Assembly: GCF_004010195.1 (NCBI RefSeq)
Contig: NC_057750.1
Location: 7,833,946 to 7,897,945 of the forward strand
DNA length: 64,000 bases
Direction of reading: 5' to 3'
From: Chiloscyllium plagiosum
Taxonomy: Eukaryota
Shown piece by piece: positions 37,958-51,936 of this stretch (its first letter is position 1; each line of letters begins with the position of its first letter). Both the position numbers and the translations under genes were made by a program. The notes under the pieces were generated by a model. That model was not told the DNA's origin and did not search any database. It saw only the letters and a list, made by a program, of their open reading frames with translations.

Positions 37958-39463
37958 ATGCGGGTTAGTTTTTGCCAGATGCTACTGACTGGGGCAATAA
38001 TGATTAATCTCATCGTTCTCTACTATGTCTCCAGAACTCAGCAGCAAATGCTGAAACACAAAGTCCCAGGGAAGGCTGCCTCCAGGAAACTAGCAGTTTC
38101 AAGAGTCACTGGGATCACTGTACTAATACGAGAGTTTGAAGACTTTGAGAATTGGGTAGTAGGTGTGGTGCAGTCTTTCCTGAAGCAAAGACCAGACCAG
38201 CCCATTGTTGTGGTGGCTGACAAACTACCATACCCACCACTGGACCTGCCCAATAAGCAGAACATACAGGTCGTGCTATTGAAGGCATCTCCAGATCAGC
38301 CGTACTATGTCACCAGACCTGAATTCTACATCAACACTGAGTACACCCTTCTGGTGCCTGACGGGGTGCAATTGGACTCAACCCAACAGCTTGACCATCT
38401 TCTTCAGGAGTTTGAGGCCAACAAAGGAAAGGTTCAGATGGTAGCAGCTCCTATTCAGAATGGGGAAACATTCCACTGTCAAAACCTGCGAGTTAGTCTT
38501 AAGGAGTGGACTGCCGTCTATCAGCTTTCTCCTGCCCAGGTTTGCGATGCCATTGACGGAGATGCAGTGGTTCTTCTTCGAACCGAGGATTTGTTCAACT
38601 TCTCTCAGCCCATGACAAGGCCGCTCTTGACATCCCTCTTTGTCCAGTCTTCACTGCATGGCTGGAAGGTGAAGATGGCAGAGAATGTGGTGTTCTCGTC
38701 GTACCACCGCTCTTTGTTCATGTCAGCCCATAACCGTTGGAAGGCAGACATCAACACAAAAGCAAGGCTGTCCCAACTCTTCAAAGACTTCGGCATGAAG
38801 CATGTGGTGCAGCCCAATGGAAAGGAGCAGTGGTATGGCTGCAACAAAGACACTCCTCGCTGTTTCAGGACAGTGCATGATGACACGCCTGAGTACCTAT
38901 ATGAAAACAGGTGGACTCCACCTTGTTGCCTCAAAGCCTTGCGCGAGACCACCAAGTATGTCATAAACATCTTGGAGTCCTCTGGTGTCCGCTACTGGCT
39001 GGAGGGCGGAACTCTTCTGGGAGCAGTCCGTCACCAGGACATCATTCCATGGGACTATGACGTGGACCTTGGGATTTATCTGGATGACGTGGAAAATTGC
39101 GAATTTCTAAGGAGCCTGGACTCTGGATCGGTTGTCGACGAGAATGGCTACGTGTGGGAAAAGGCAGTGGAAGGTGACTTCTACCGTGTGCAATACAGCG
39201 AAAGCAACCACTTGCATGTTGACTTGTGGCCTTTCTATGCCAGAGATGGAATCATGACCAAAAACACGTGGATGGACCACAAACAGGACATGGAGTTCCC
39301 AGAGCACTTCCTGAAACCACTGGTCCCCATACAGTTTGCTGGAATAACTGCTCTTGCACCCAACAATCACAGGCGCTTCCTAGAATTGAAATTTGGAGAG
39401 GGTGCCATCGAAAATCCTGAGTACCCAAACCCTGCCAGGAAAAAGTTAGAGAGGAAGGACTAA
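37958..39463 (+). CDS. FKRP: Fukutin-related protein (ribitol-5-phosphate transferase, LicD-type nucleotidyltransferase), 501 aa, single coding exon
   Basis: ATG at 37958 (MRVSFCQ...; the ORF track starts at an upstream GTG). N-terminal transmembrane segment, Cys cluster GCNKDTPRC...WTPPCC, catalytic YWLEGGTLLGAVRHQDIIPWDYDVDLG (DxD), C-terminal FLELKFG...ENPEYPNP. Uninterrupted ORF ending TAA. Confidence 0.97.
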   Translation: MRVSFCQMLLTGAIMINLIVLYYVSRTQQQMLKHKVPGKAASRKLAVSRVTGITVLIREFEDFENWVVGVVQSFLKQRPDQPIVVVADKLPYPPLDLPNKQNIQVVLLKASPDQPYYVTRPEFYINTEYTLLVPDGVQLDSTQQLDHLLQEFEANKGKVQMVAAPIQNGETFHCQNLRVSLKEWTAVYQLSPAQVCDAIDGDAVVLLRTEDLFNFSQPMTRPLLTSLFVQSSLHGWKVKMAENVVFSSYHRSLFMSAHNRWKADINTKARLSQLFKDFGMKHVVQPNGKEQWYGCNKDTPRCFRTVHDDTPEYLYENRWTPPCCLKALRETTKYVINILESSGVRYWLEGGTLLGAVRHQDIIPWDYDVDLGIYLDDVENCEFLRSLDSGSVVDENGYVWEKAVEGDFYRVQYSESNHLHVDLWPFYARDGIMTKNTWMDHKQDMEFPEHFLKPLVPIQFAGITALAPNNHRRFLELKFGEGAIENPEYPNPARKKLERKD

Positions 39464-39892
39464 ATGCAGAGGATATTAATTAGCAATAAGGACTGGTAGA
39501 ATCCTTTGAAATGTTATATCACAGATAATTATTGTTCCACATTTATTTCTTCCTCCCCATTTTCTCTCCTGAAGACACTGCATCTTCCTGGGAGATAGTT
39601 CCAGGAATTATGGTGGCATTATCTGGGGATTCAGATAGAGATAGTGAGGAAATCAGTGGAAGATGGGAGACTTTTACTCCTTGATATCCGCACTCACTTC
39701 CTTTCCAATAGGTAGTGCTGTATCACTGCAGCATCTGGAAACCTGGATGATCTTATCCCCAACCAACCTGAGCTGACCACAGACAGATTAAACATGAGAC
39801 CTTTTGTCCTAGCTCCAGTGTTGCACCATGTGGTCACAGAGTCATACACAGAAACAGATCCTTCGGTTGAACCAGTCTACACCAACCATAAT

Positions 39893-40052
39893 GGGAGAAA
39901 GTGAGGTCTGCAGATGCTGGAGATCAGAGCTGAAAATGTGTTGCTGGAAAAGCGAAGATTTCCTGAAGAAGGACTTATGCCCGAAACGTCGATTCTCCTG
40001 TTCCCTGGATGCTGCCTGACCTGCTGCGCTTTTCCAGCAACACATTTTTAGC
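39893..40052. mobile_element. Penelope-derived fold-back mini-element with a plus-strand hammerhead core
   Basis: 17-bp TSD tctacaccaaccataat (39876-39892, 40053-40069). Inverted arms 39926-39954 and 40027-40055. CTGAAGA-A-GGAC(TTAT)GCCC-GAAA-CGTC at 39963-39990. Confidence 0.85.
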
Positions 40053-41133
40053 TCTACACCAACCATAATCCCATACTAAACTAGTCCCACCTGCCTTCTC
40101 CTGGCCCATATGTCTCCAAACCTTTCCTGTTCACCTACTTATCCAAATGCCTTTTAAAATATGCCCCTTACTCTCGAAATCCCCCATGCTAGGGAAAAGA
40201 AAACTACCATTAACCTATCAAGCAAAGTTAGTGTGGGAATATCATTCCTTTTAATATACAATAGCTTTAAATATATATGAGACGACAGGATGTAAATTTT
40301 CTCAGAAATGCTCAAATTTTGAGAGGTACCGCTCAAACTCCTAATTACAGAATTATAAATCCAGTTGATATGAGATCAATTAAATTATCTGGAGTTATGT
40401 GAAGCAAAATTTGAACTTTAAAAATATACAGAGTACTAGAAGATGCTCAGTGACCCTTCAGAACCTGAACTAAAACGTGATCCATGCCATGTTTAAGTTA
40501 TTGATATATTTTCTGAAAAATCATGTTTTGAAATTCCAATGAACTACACCACTGCCAATTTAATAAACCTCCTATCCTGGCCTCAGTTATTCCTTTGGTT
40601 TATACACCAATCCATGCCTTTCTCAGCTTGGTACTTTCAGGGTCAAAATCCCAGACACAAATTCTAGCTCATCCAGTAGTTTAAGGACGGTATCTTATCC
40701 GTGCTATCATTGTCATTCTCCAATCCTTGATGTATTAATGCCAAACTAGCAGCACCCACTATGACCTCACCATATTCCACTGTTGCAATCTTCATGGCTC
40801 AGCATTGTCAATTTTGTCTGTGAGTTAGAAGTCACAAGCTGCACTCTGAACTTTGGAATACATGATGTGTGTGGTCTGGTCTGCTCTCTCGGGTAGGTGT
40901 AAAAGTAACCAGTAGCACTGCTGAAGAGACTGAACACTGAGATTTGTTTCGGTCTTCCCCAAAGAAAACATAAATTTCCAAAAACCAACGGAGGAATTGA
41001 AGAAAATCAGTATTGGTGAAATAAAAATGGTGCTTGAGGAATTAATAGGATTAAAGGCTGATAATGGGGGAAACAGTGGTGTCACTAAGCTAATAATCCA
41101 GAACCCTAAGCTAATGTTCCATAGAATCCACAC

Positions 41134-41605
41134 AATGTGGAAACAGGCTATTCAGCCCAATTAGTCCAGACCGATCCTCCAAAAAGCACCCCGCCCAGAC
41201 CCATCCCCGTAACCTTGCATTTCCCATGGCTAATGCACCTAACCTACACATCCCTGAACACTATGGGTAATTTAACATGGCAAAAGTGAGGACTGCAGAC
41301 GCTAGAAATCAGAGTCTAGATTAGGGTGGTTCTGGAAAAGCACAGCAGGTCAGGCAGCATCTGAGGAGCAGGAAAATTGACGTTTCGGGCAAAAGCCCTA
41401 GCCCTTCGTCAGGAATTTAGCATAGCCAATCCACCTAAACTGCGCATCTTTGGACTGTGAGAGGAAACTGGAGCACCCAGTAGAAACCCACACAGACATG
41501 GGCCAAATGTGCAAACTCCACACAGACAGTTGCCCAAGGCTGGAATCAAACCCAGATCCCTGCTCTTGTGAGGCAGCAGTGCTAACCACTGAGCCACCAT
41601 GCCAC
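41134..41605 (-). mobile_element. HE1-type SINE interrupted by a Penelope fragment
   Basis: SINE body split at 41282-41413. Confidence 0.8.
41282..41413 (-). mobile_element. Penelope terminal-repeat fragment with hammerhead core, inserted into an HE1 SINE
   Basis: Minus strand CTGACGA-AGGGCT-AGGGC(TTTT)GCCC-GAAA-CGTC, with a 6-nt duplication in the core. Flanked by aatttaacatggc/aatttagcatagc. Confidence 0.75.
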
Positions 41606-41889
41606 CCTTGTTCTGGGGCCTTATGTTCAAATCTAACCTGGCAAATGGTGAAATTTAAATTCAATACAAATCTGGAATAAAAATACTAGTCTGAACTCTA
41701 TTATCATAAGAACTCATTTAATTCGTGAAAGTTTTTCAGTGATGGAAATCTGCATCCTTTTTCAGTCTGGTGATTCCAGACCCACAGCAATGTGATTGAT
41801 TGGTATCAGTCTTCAGGGTGATTAGAGATGGGCTTTAAATGCTGGACTAGCCAGTGATGCCCACATCCCTTGAGCAGATTTTTGAAGAA

Positions 41890-43390
41890 AATTCCCAGAA
41901 TTTGATAATCTGCATCCCTGAGAATAAAGAAAGTGAGCTGGAAATATTGGATGAATTGATTGTCATTTTCCAAATTTCTGCAGACTCTGGAGCAGTTCCT
42001 ACAAATTGGAGTGTGGTAGATGTAACCCTGCTATTGTTAAAATGAGGAGGAAGAGAAAGAAGCAATTATAGACCAGTTAGCCCAACATGAGTTTGAGATA
42101 AATACTAGAGTTTGCTTTAAATGCATGGTAACAGAACACTTGGAAAGTATTAATGGGATTAGACAAAATCAGCATGGGTTTATGAAGGGAAATCATGCCT
42201 AACTAATCTACTGGAGAGTTCTTGAGGATACAGCTAGTAGAATAGATAGCAGAGAACCAGTGGATGTGATTAATTTGATTTTTAAAAAGGCTTTTGATAA
42301 GGTCTCACATAAGAGAGTAGTGAGCAACTATAAAGCACATGGCAGTGGGGTTATATGGTGGCATGGATTCAGAATTGGATAATAGACTGAAAACTGATAA
42401 TGGGAATAAATGGGTCTTTCTGTGAATGTCAGGCAGTGTCTAGTGATGTAGCGCAGGGGTCAGTGCTTGGACCCCTGCTCTTCAAGATATATGTAAATTA
42501 TCCAAATGCAATATTTCTAAATTTGCTGATGACGGAAAACTAGGCAGGATTGTGAGGAGGATACAAAGAGCTTCAGAGTGATCTCAACAATTTCAGTGTG
42601 TGGGCAAACACGCATGGCATATGCAGCACAACAGTGAAGTTGTACACTGGTGTGAAAAACAGAAAGGCCAGGTGATATCTAAATTGTGATATGTTGGGAA
42701 GTGTGGATACACAAAGGAATCTGTGTGTCCTTGACCGCCAGTGAAAGTAAACAGGTGATTGCAGCAAGCAATTTGGAAGGCAGATGGTATATTGGCCTTC
42801 ATTGCAAGAGGATTTGAGTTTAGATATAGGAATGTCTTCTGATAATTATACAGGGTCTTGGTGAGATCACATCCGGACTATTGTGTACCTTTTTGCACAC
42901 CCTACCTAAGAGGATATACTTGCCATACAGGGAGTGTAGTGAAGGTTCACTAGGCTGGTAGTGGGGATGGAAGGACTGTCTTAGGTCTGTCTTCACTAGC
43001 ATGGAGATGGATGAGAGAGGATCTAATTGAAACATAAAATTCTCACAGGGCTGTACAGACTAGATGCAGGGAAGATGCGTCCCCTTGTTGGGGAGTCTAG
43101 AACTAGGAGTCACTGTCTCAGGATATAGGGTTAGCCATTTAGGACTGAAATGAGGAAATATCTCTTCACTCAGAGGATGATCAACCTGCAGAATTCACTG
43201 TATTGGAAGGCTATGGTGGCTAGGTCAACTGACGATATAAAATTTTCAGATCTAAATTTATCAAGGGGTATGAGGAGAAAGCAGGAAATGGTATTGAGAT
43301 TGGAAGATCAACCCACGATTTTATTGAATGTCAGAGCCAGCTCAAAGGGCCAATGGCCTATTCTTGTTCCTAATTTCTACGTTTCTATGA
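41890..43390 (+). mobile_element. Degenerate CR1 LINE ORF2 RT region to 3' end
   Basis: IFQISADSGAVPTNW..., QHGFMKG.SCLTNL, KFADD, LFTQRMINLQN. Confidence 0.8.
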
Positions 43391-45137
43391 AGGAAATTTC
43401 GAAGTGTTCTGGCCGACATTTGGAAGATTATCTGTTAGTCTCTCATTTTTATTTGTGGAAGCACGCTGTGCTCATATGGGGCTGCAGTGTTTTCTGAACT
43501 ACAACTGTGACTGCACTTCCAAATACTTCAATGGCTGTGAAGACTGAAGCATATTTAGGTTGTGAAAGGCGTTATGCAGGTGCAATTTCTTCTTTGCTGG
43601 AGTTCTACATCAAAGTTCCTGATCACAAACGGGAAATCTAGGTGAGTTTTATTTTCAAAACTCCCTTTCCCAAGCTACTGAGTTCAAGTACTCCACTCTG
43701 TTGAAATCCTGGCTGTGATCAGTTAACAGAAACTGGAACTAGAGCTCAGCCCTTCCATCCAGCACCATGCAAACGAGTTGCTTTCTCTGGCAATCCATGA
43801 GCTGCAATCAAATTCTTGCCGAGACACAGCAGTACATACTAGACGTCTAATGGTATGGATATAATTGTGAACTGTTCTGACCGAAACAAATTACAAACAA
43901 CTAAATGCCTCACAGTAATTTTGCCCCTTTTGTTCCGATCCAGGCTGCAAAATTTCTTGGCAAACTCCTTCATGTTTGTCAGCTGTCTCTCATTGCCCAC
44001 ACTCTCAGTCCAAGAATTAAGACAATCTCAACCATTTCCCCTCAAAGATCAATTGGTGAATGTTAACACTTTGCTGTTGCGAGGAGAAAATGACATTGCA
44101 TTATCACAATTACATAATTGGCTTTGCATTATTACAATTACATAATTGACTTCTCTCTCTCACACACACGACACACACCCTCCCCATAGGCACCAGCTGT
44201 CTACCACCACTTCATCCAGGCTTTGCATTTAAATGGCGCCTTTCATGATCTTTACAACTAATAAAGTATTTTTAAAATATAGTCACTGTTGTAGACAGTG
44301 AACATCGGAAGCGAAATCAGAAATTGCTGGAAAAACTAAGAAGGTCAGGCAGGTTCGGAAAGCTATGGAGGGCATAGATACTTTAGCCGCATTGTGTCCT
44401 CACCCGTTGGAAAGCACAGTTTTTCCAACAAGGAGCATGCTCAGGAGACGTGGAAATTCTATTGACTTTTGCCTCATAAATACAAAGGATTTAAGACTAA
44501 CTAATGATCGCATCAGCTGAGCAAAGATTAAACTCAAGAGTCTCAGCACATCATGTCCTGCAATCATGAATTAATTTTAATCAATTTATTTATATTATTC
44601 ACTTATCTGTGTTGATTTTTATATTTTTAGTTGAATCTTACCACCAATTTGATAATGCTGAGAATAGGAAAAATCTTAACTATTTACTGGAGACTTACCA
44701 ATTTGTGACATTTTTCTCTTTAAAAGGGCAAGAGCAAATTCTAATCAGCTCCAATTAATCTCCAGAAGCCTGCACATGTAATCCAAGCTGATGCTACTAC
44801 TACAGGACTGAGAGTGTGCAGCATTGTTAAAGCACACAGGAATGTGTTTTGTGTTGCAAATTTGACATAATTCTGTGCAAAATAGCACTTTGCAAAAGGA
44901 CCATTTGTCTCATTGGGGAAAATCCACATATTTCTAGGCACCAGTGTTGTCGATACTTTTGAGTGGAATGTGTTTTGATAGATCCACAGACAGGAGTGAG
45001 AGTCATTGGGTGAAAGGGGGACTGATGGGCATTATAATAGACAGAAGGCAAAGGGTGAAACTAGCCCAATCCTGTTGCCAGTTATATTGGATGGGGTTGG
45101 TATCTCTAAATGGATTTGTTAAAAAGGTTTTTCTTTC

Positions 45138-45468
45138 ATAGAACTCCTACAGTGTGGAAGCAGGCCATTCAGCCCATCAGGTCCACACCAACCCTCTGAA
45201 GATCATCCCACCCAGATCCCCCTCCTACTCTGTATTTACCATGGTTAATTCACCTAGCCTACGAATCTCTGGACACTGTGGGCAATTTAGCATAGCCAAT
45301 CCACCTAATCTGCACATCTTTGGACTGCAGCAGGAAATTGGAGCACACCTATACAGACACAGGAAGAATGTGCAAACTCCACACAGCCAGTCACCCAAGA
45401 GTGGAATTGAACCCAGGTCCCTTGCTCTAAGAGGCAGCAGTGCTAACCACTGAGACACAATGTCACCC
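45138..45468 (-). mobile_element. HE1-type SINE
   Basis: Reverse copy with tRNA head and central domain. Confidence 0.8.
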
Positions 45469-47788
45469 TAACAAGATACATTCGTTTTGGGGAGGATTTC
45501 AATGTGATGGGGAAGGAATGGTGATGGAAAGTGAACTTGTGTTAGTGAGATGAACAACAAGTGCTCAGAGAGTCATGGAACATCCAACCAGAAAAGACTT
45601 CATGCTCAGACCACAATGAAGTCATGGAAAAATTTGATATACAGCATTGTAGAGCCCATATGAATGTTGACAGAGAGATTCTGCAAGGATAGAAGTTAAT
45701 CGCTAATGCACCATCTCTGTTAATGTGTAAATTGAATAGACCAACTTCCACCAACATTATCATTAAGAACTACAGCATTACTGGAATTATGGTGAAGTTG
45801 ATTTAAGTATATGTTATACGTGTAAAAAAATAATTTGTGGAATGGCAGGCTATAATTTAACCATGGTTAATGCCTGTAAAACCATTGTCATGTTTAACCT
45901 TGTGAATGATAGGGATTAGATAGCGCATTGCACATTAATCACGGATCAAATAGTTTACTATCTCTGAAGAATGGGAACATTATCATCTCCAGATTCTGCT
46001 TAGAAGCAAAATACCATCTTTCCTGCATTATATCACCATTTGTTTGCTGCTGCAATAATCTGGAGCTCCCTTTCCAGTTGTATTGTGGCTGTATCTACAC
46101 CAGATACGTCAGAGCAGTTCACGAAGGCCACACCTTCTCAAGGGAGTTAAGGATGGGCAACTGGGTGACATGAAGGAGTAAAGCAAACCACAAACAGAAT
46201 AGGGGTTTAGTGAAACATCATGGTGATATCTATAAACTCACTGCTTGGTCAAGGTACCTACAAGACCAAACCTCAGTAGCTATCAATATCATCAAATGAA
46301 AAAGGGCAATGAAAAAGGACAGGTTGAACTGAAGGGTCTGTTTCTATGCTGTACATCTCTATGACTCTTAAGAGATCAATCAAAGTTGTTGGAGGTGGGG
46401 TAATATTGATCAGGACAACAAGATCCATGTCCTGGTCCTCTTCAAAATTCTTTTTTGACATTCGCACACTCCACCAACACACAGTGGCACCTCTGCGTAC
46501 TGTCTATGTAATGACAACTCACCTAGCTCCTTTGACAGGGCCTTCCAGCCTTTTGACCATCACCAAGAAGAACAGCACTCAGAATTTCTCCTCCAAGAGA
46601 CTTGCCTTCCTGACCTGGAACTATATTGCCGTTCCTTTAGTGTTGCTGGATCAGGATTCTGGAACTCCCTCCCTAATAGCACTGTGGGTGTCCCTAAACC
46701 AACTGGACAACAGTGGGTCAAGGAGAGTGCTCACGGGCAGCTAGTGATGAGCAATAATCACTGGTCTAGCCAGTAACACCCACACCCTATGAATGAAAGA
46801 AAAAAGGAAAATGGTGCCATGGAATCTTTTGCCACCTGATGGGACCCACATTTATAGTTTCCTCTAAGAGGCTGGTCTTCAGATAGTGCAGCGATTCCCC
46901 TGGTTTCAGTGTGGATAATGTGCTTAATGGTCTGGACTGGTCCTTGAACCCAAATCTTCTGACTCAGTGGCAAGAGTGCTAGCCAGTGAACCACGACAAA
47001 GGAACTTACTTGACAAATAACATGCACACATACTTGACAAGCTACATTCTGTGAACTCTAGTTTTTATTAATTTTTTTTAACGAATGCATCATGAGCATT
47101 TAACTTCACAGAGTTAAAATTTGTTTAACATTACATTGTCGCAGGGCAGAAGTTAAACAAAGCAAGAAACAAACAGATCAACATTCAATTTACTCAACTC
47201 ACAGTGAATATACTCCAAACAGAAAAACATTTCACATTCAGATTGCAATCCAGAAACCCAGTAGTGACGAAACACTACACATTGAGAAGCTTTATATAAA
47301 TGTTGTACTATGTTAAAACTTACATTTGCTTGTATTTGCTGTGTTGATTGCCTTCCATTAAAACACCCCACCTCAAATGCGCATTGAGGAAATTTTCATT
47401 CTGACCATGTGTTTGTCTGTAATTACATCCTCCTGCCAATAGAGGCATCACCCCAAAGGGAAGCTGAAGTTACAGTTAAACAAAGCTCCATAAGCAGTTT
47501 GTATTCAATGTGTAGACTTTATTGGAACTTAGACTAGGATTTTATGGATAAAGGACAGAAGATATTACTTTAAAACAAGCTCTGAATTTACATCTGTGCA
47601 TCCTGGATCAACTTTACCCTTCACAATCCTCCCCCCACACCCGACCCCAACACAGTTGTAATCTAATCTACAGTTCACCTGAAGTCTGCATTTGGACTTG
47701 ATTTTCTTCATGAGCATTGCTAACAAGATCAGTCTTCTGTAAACCTGGAAGTATTTTTTAGTTAAAGGCACCTAAATTTATTAACTTG

Positions 47789-50700
47789 TGGGTGGCATAG
47801 TGGCTCAGCGATTAGCATGTCACCTCACAGTACCAGGGACCCCAGTTTGATTCCAGCCTTGGGTGACAGTCTGTGTGGAATTTGCACGTCAATCCTGTGT
47901 CTGTATGGATTTTTACTGGGTGCTCTGGTTTCCTTCCACAGTCCAAAGTGCAGGTTAGGCGGATATGCCATGCTAAATTACCTATAGTGTGCAGGGCCAA
48001 GGTAAATGCAAGGTATGGGGAATTGGGTGGGGCTGCTCTTCAGAGGGTTAATGCAGACTTTGGCTGAATGGCCTCTTTCCACACTGTAGGGATTCTGTGT
48101 TTTGTTTATGTACTTGCAATTGTGGCTGCTAGACACACTTTCTTTCCTCACCCATTCCAGTGTTGGCTCACATTCCGTTCCACTAGACAGTGAAAACATT
48201 TTTTGGTGAGTAAGGGGTCACCTGGGAGTCAGTCATATGTCATTAGATTTACAAGTTGGAACATTTCAGTTTCAGCATGTACCTTCCTTCATCTACAAAC
48301 ATCTGTGGATTTCTCTGTCAACCACAGTTGCCAAGGAGACACTTTACTAAATTTACAAGAAATAGAAATAGGAGTAGACAAAATGGCGCTGCCATTCAAT
48401 CTGATTGTGATCTCAAGACATCTTTCAGAAATGCTCTGCTTTCCCATTTTTACAATGAAAGTGAATAACTTTACACTTCCCCGTACTATACTCCATCTGC
48501 CATTTTATTCTTCACTCACTTAATTAATTGGCAGTTTTTTTGTGTCCTCCCCCAGATCAGCTTCTGACTCTGTCATCAACATCAGTAAAATAAATAGCTG
48601 AGGCCACAGAACCCCAAGACACCACACTAGTCACATCTTGGCAACTACTTTATGTGTTTGAAGGCCAAATGAAACCAGCTGTCCTGACAAGCTTGAAAAC
48701 AGCAAACAGAAGAGGAAACACAGAAACTAGGAGCTGGCATAGACTGTTGACGGGGTGGCTCGGTGGTTAGCACTGCTGAGTCACGGCGCCAGGGATCCAG
48801 GTTCAATTCCACCTTCAGGTGACTGTGTGGAGTTTGCACATTCTCCCTCTGTCTGTGTGGGTTTCCTACAAGAGTCCAAAGATGTGTAGGTTAGGGTGGA
48901 TTGACCATGGGTAATGCAGGGTTACAGGGATAGGGAAGAGAGGTGGGTCTGAGTGAGATGCTATTTGGTGGATTGGGCTGTTTCCACATGTAGGGATTCT
49001 GCTTGATGTGCCATTCAATCTGATCCTTACACCATATTCCCAATTTCTCCCTATACCCTGTAATGCCTTTAAAATCTGAAAGTGGATGGGGAGGTGGAAC
49101 CTCGAGACAAATTAGAAATCAGTGAAGGGAGTTCATACTCATTTAAATGTCCAAGTGCCTCTCATGGGTCAGTTGGTAATTACACTGTCTGGTACAGAGC
49201 TGAGCTGTGCCAAACTAGCTCAGTCCATGGTTCAATCTCTTTAACTATTCTGAGTTAACGACTAGCCAGAGCAACAGTTTGAATGGGGGTAATGATTGAG
49301 GGGAATTAGGGTACCCAAAACCTGAAGGCACGTGATATTCAGGCACTTGGTGGGGTCAGAGTTGGACATGGTGATGAAGCCCCCTCCCCCAGCATAGACA
49401 GCTCACTGTCTGAAGAAGAGCCACCTGAGGGAGATAATGTGGGGCATCTTACACGTATAGAGCCTGTAGACTGTTAACAGTAAATATTTGCAGGAACAAT
49501 AATTTGACATATGAAGAAAGACTGGATCTACTGGGCTTTTACTCACTGGAATTTAGAAGAATGAGTGGACATCTCATAGAAACATATAAACCCCTGATTG
49601 AACTGGACATGCTAGATGCGGGAAGAATGCTCCCGATGTTGGGGAAGTCCAGAACAAGGGATCACCGTCTAAAAATAAGAAGTATGCCATTCAGGACGGA
49701 GATCAGGAAGAATTTCTTCCCTCAGAGAGTCGTGAACCTGTGGACTTCTCTCCCACAGGAAGCTGTTGGGGCCAGTTCATCAGATACATTAAAGAGGGAA
49801 CTGGACGTGATCCTTGCGGCTAAATGGATCAAGGGATATGGAGAGAAAGATGGAACGTGATACTGAGATTGCATGATCAGCCATGATCCTATTGAATGGT
49901 GATGCAGGCTCGATGGGCCGAATGGCGTACTGTCCAAAGATGTGCAGGTCAGGTGAATTGGCCATGCTAAATTGCCCATAGTGTTCGGTACATTAGTCAG
50001 AGTGAAATGGTTCTGGGTGGGTTACTGTTTTGAGGGTCGGTGTGAACTGGTTGGGCTGAAGGGCCTGTTTCCACACTGTAGGGAATCTAATCTAAAAAAA
50101 AAATTCCTGTGCCTACTTTCTATGAACTACAAACTAGGATGGTGCACACACACCCCTACTACAGGTTTCTTTAGGAGAGGGCATCAGACTTGGGGTCATT
50201 GACAAAGATTAATTTTTGAGCTAAAAATACCCATACTTATTACATTATAGGAATGAACACTTGAGAGACTGAAAGAAACACATTGCAAAACATTTTCTGA
50301 AAATCTCATCATGGACTGGCCAGAAGAGGGCTCTTGGAGGAAAACATTTGCTATTGCTGTTTCAGCCAGGGACAACATGTTTTATTATAACCCAGATCGC
50401 CATCTTAACAACTGGCTGCTGTTCAACAAACAGGAATGATTGGAAGGCTAACAAATTGAACTCACATAAGCAGTAAACTTATAAATACATCTCATAAGGG
50501 AGTTATCATACATGGCCTACTTCAGGATCAGCTGTTGCTCCCAAGAGTGAATTGAAAGGGAGAAACACACAGTGGTTACAGCAAAGAGCCATTCAGTTAC
50601 CCTTGGCCTGTGCTAACTCTTTTCATAGAATAGAAATCCCTACAGTGTTGGGGCAGGCCATTCATCCCAACAAGTCCACATCAACTCTTTGGAGAGCATC

Positions 50701-51487
50701 CCACCCACACTCAGCTCCCTTACCCCATCCCTGCATTTCCCATAGGGGATTTACTATGGGCAATTTGGCACAGCCAATCCATATCTTTGGACTGTGGGAG
50801 GAAACTGGAGAACCCAGAGGAAACCCACACAGATATGGGAAGAATATCTGTGTGGACTTTGCACAGTCACCCAAGGGTGGAATTGAACCCAGGTCCCTGG
50901 TGTTGTGAGTGACTGTGCCACCTCTGCTAAAGAGCTGTGCATTCAGTTCCAATCCCCTTATACTTTGTATAAGATGCATCATTGATCTGTGGAGCAGACA
51001 AATGCATGCATTTTTAAAGAAGATTTGTCTGCATCATTTGTCAAATGATCACCTGCTAATGCATTTTCTCTCAAAAAGACCAAGTTTTCAAAGCTGTCAA
51101 TCCCAAAAGAGTTTGGGAGAAGGTGCAGCTCCCCATTTCCTTCCTGAGATAAGCCATTGCCAAGGGCAGCATGGTGGTTCAGTGGTTAGTGCACCTGCCT
51201 CACAGTGCCAGGGACCTAGGTTCAATTTCAGCCTTGGGCAACTGACTGTGTGGAGTTTGCATATTCTCCCTGTGTCTCAATGGTTTTCCTCCCACAGTTC
51301 AAAAAATGTGCATGTTAGGTGGATTGGCTATGTTAAATTGCCCAGTAGTATCTAGGGGTGTACAGACTAGTGGATTAACCATGAGAAATGCAGAGTTATA
51401 GTGTTGGGGGTCTGGGTCTGGGGGGATGCACATCAGAGGGCTCAATGGGCCAAATGGCCTGCTTCCACGTTGTGTGGATTCTATGAT
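47789..51487. mobile_element. Five HE1-type SINE copies (47789-48097 +, 48751-49000 +, 49933-50103 + partial, 50625-50921 -, 51163-51487 +)
   Basis: Each shows the tRNA head and/or the gtgtggagtttgca...cccacagtccaaag domain. Confidence 0.75.
49500..49930 (+). mobile_element. CR1 LINE 3' fragment
   Basis: TYEERLDLLGFYSLEFRRMSGHLIETYK...FFPQRVVNLW. Confidence 0.8.
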
Positions 51488-51936
51488 TTCCCACTGGAGG
51501 AGGATACAAATTGAATTAGCCATTTTGACATCTTGGCTTTTGTCTTCTTCAGGGGAAAATTCATTGGAGGTGATAAGGCGGAACCAATTTTTCCCTCATA
51601 GATTCCTATATAGTAACAATGTAGTTTAAAAAGCACTTAATTGGCTGTGAACTGGTTTGTAAGGTTCTGAAAAGTGCTATAAAAATGCAAATCTATCTTT
51701 GTGCTGGTTTACTAAGTGAGAGGTTTGGGAGAGTTCAAGATGGAGTCATAGAGTTGTACAGGTTGGAAGCATACCCTTTGATCCAACTCATCCACACTGA
51801 GCAGATATCCTTCTCAGGAGGCTTGAGCACCTAGTATAGCCCAGTACTCCCAGTGCAGTACTGAGGGGATACTGCACACTCAGAAATGCTGTCATTCAGA
51901 TGAAGTATGATACAAGGTCCCATATGATCCCTCATG

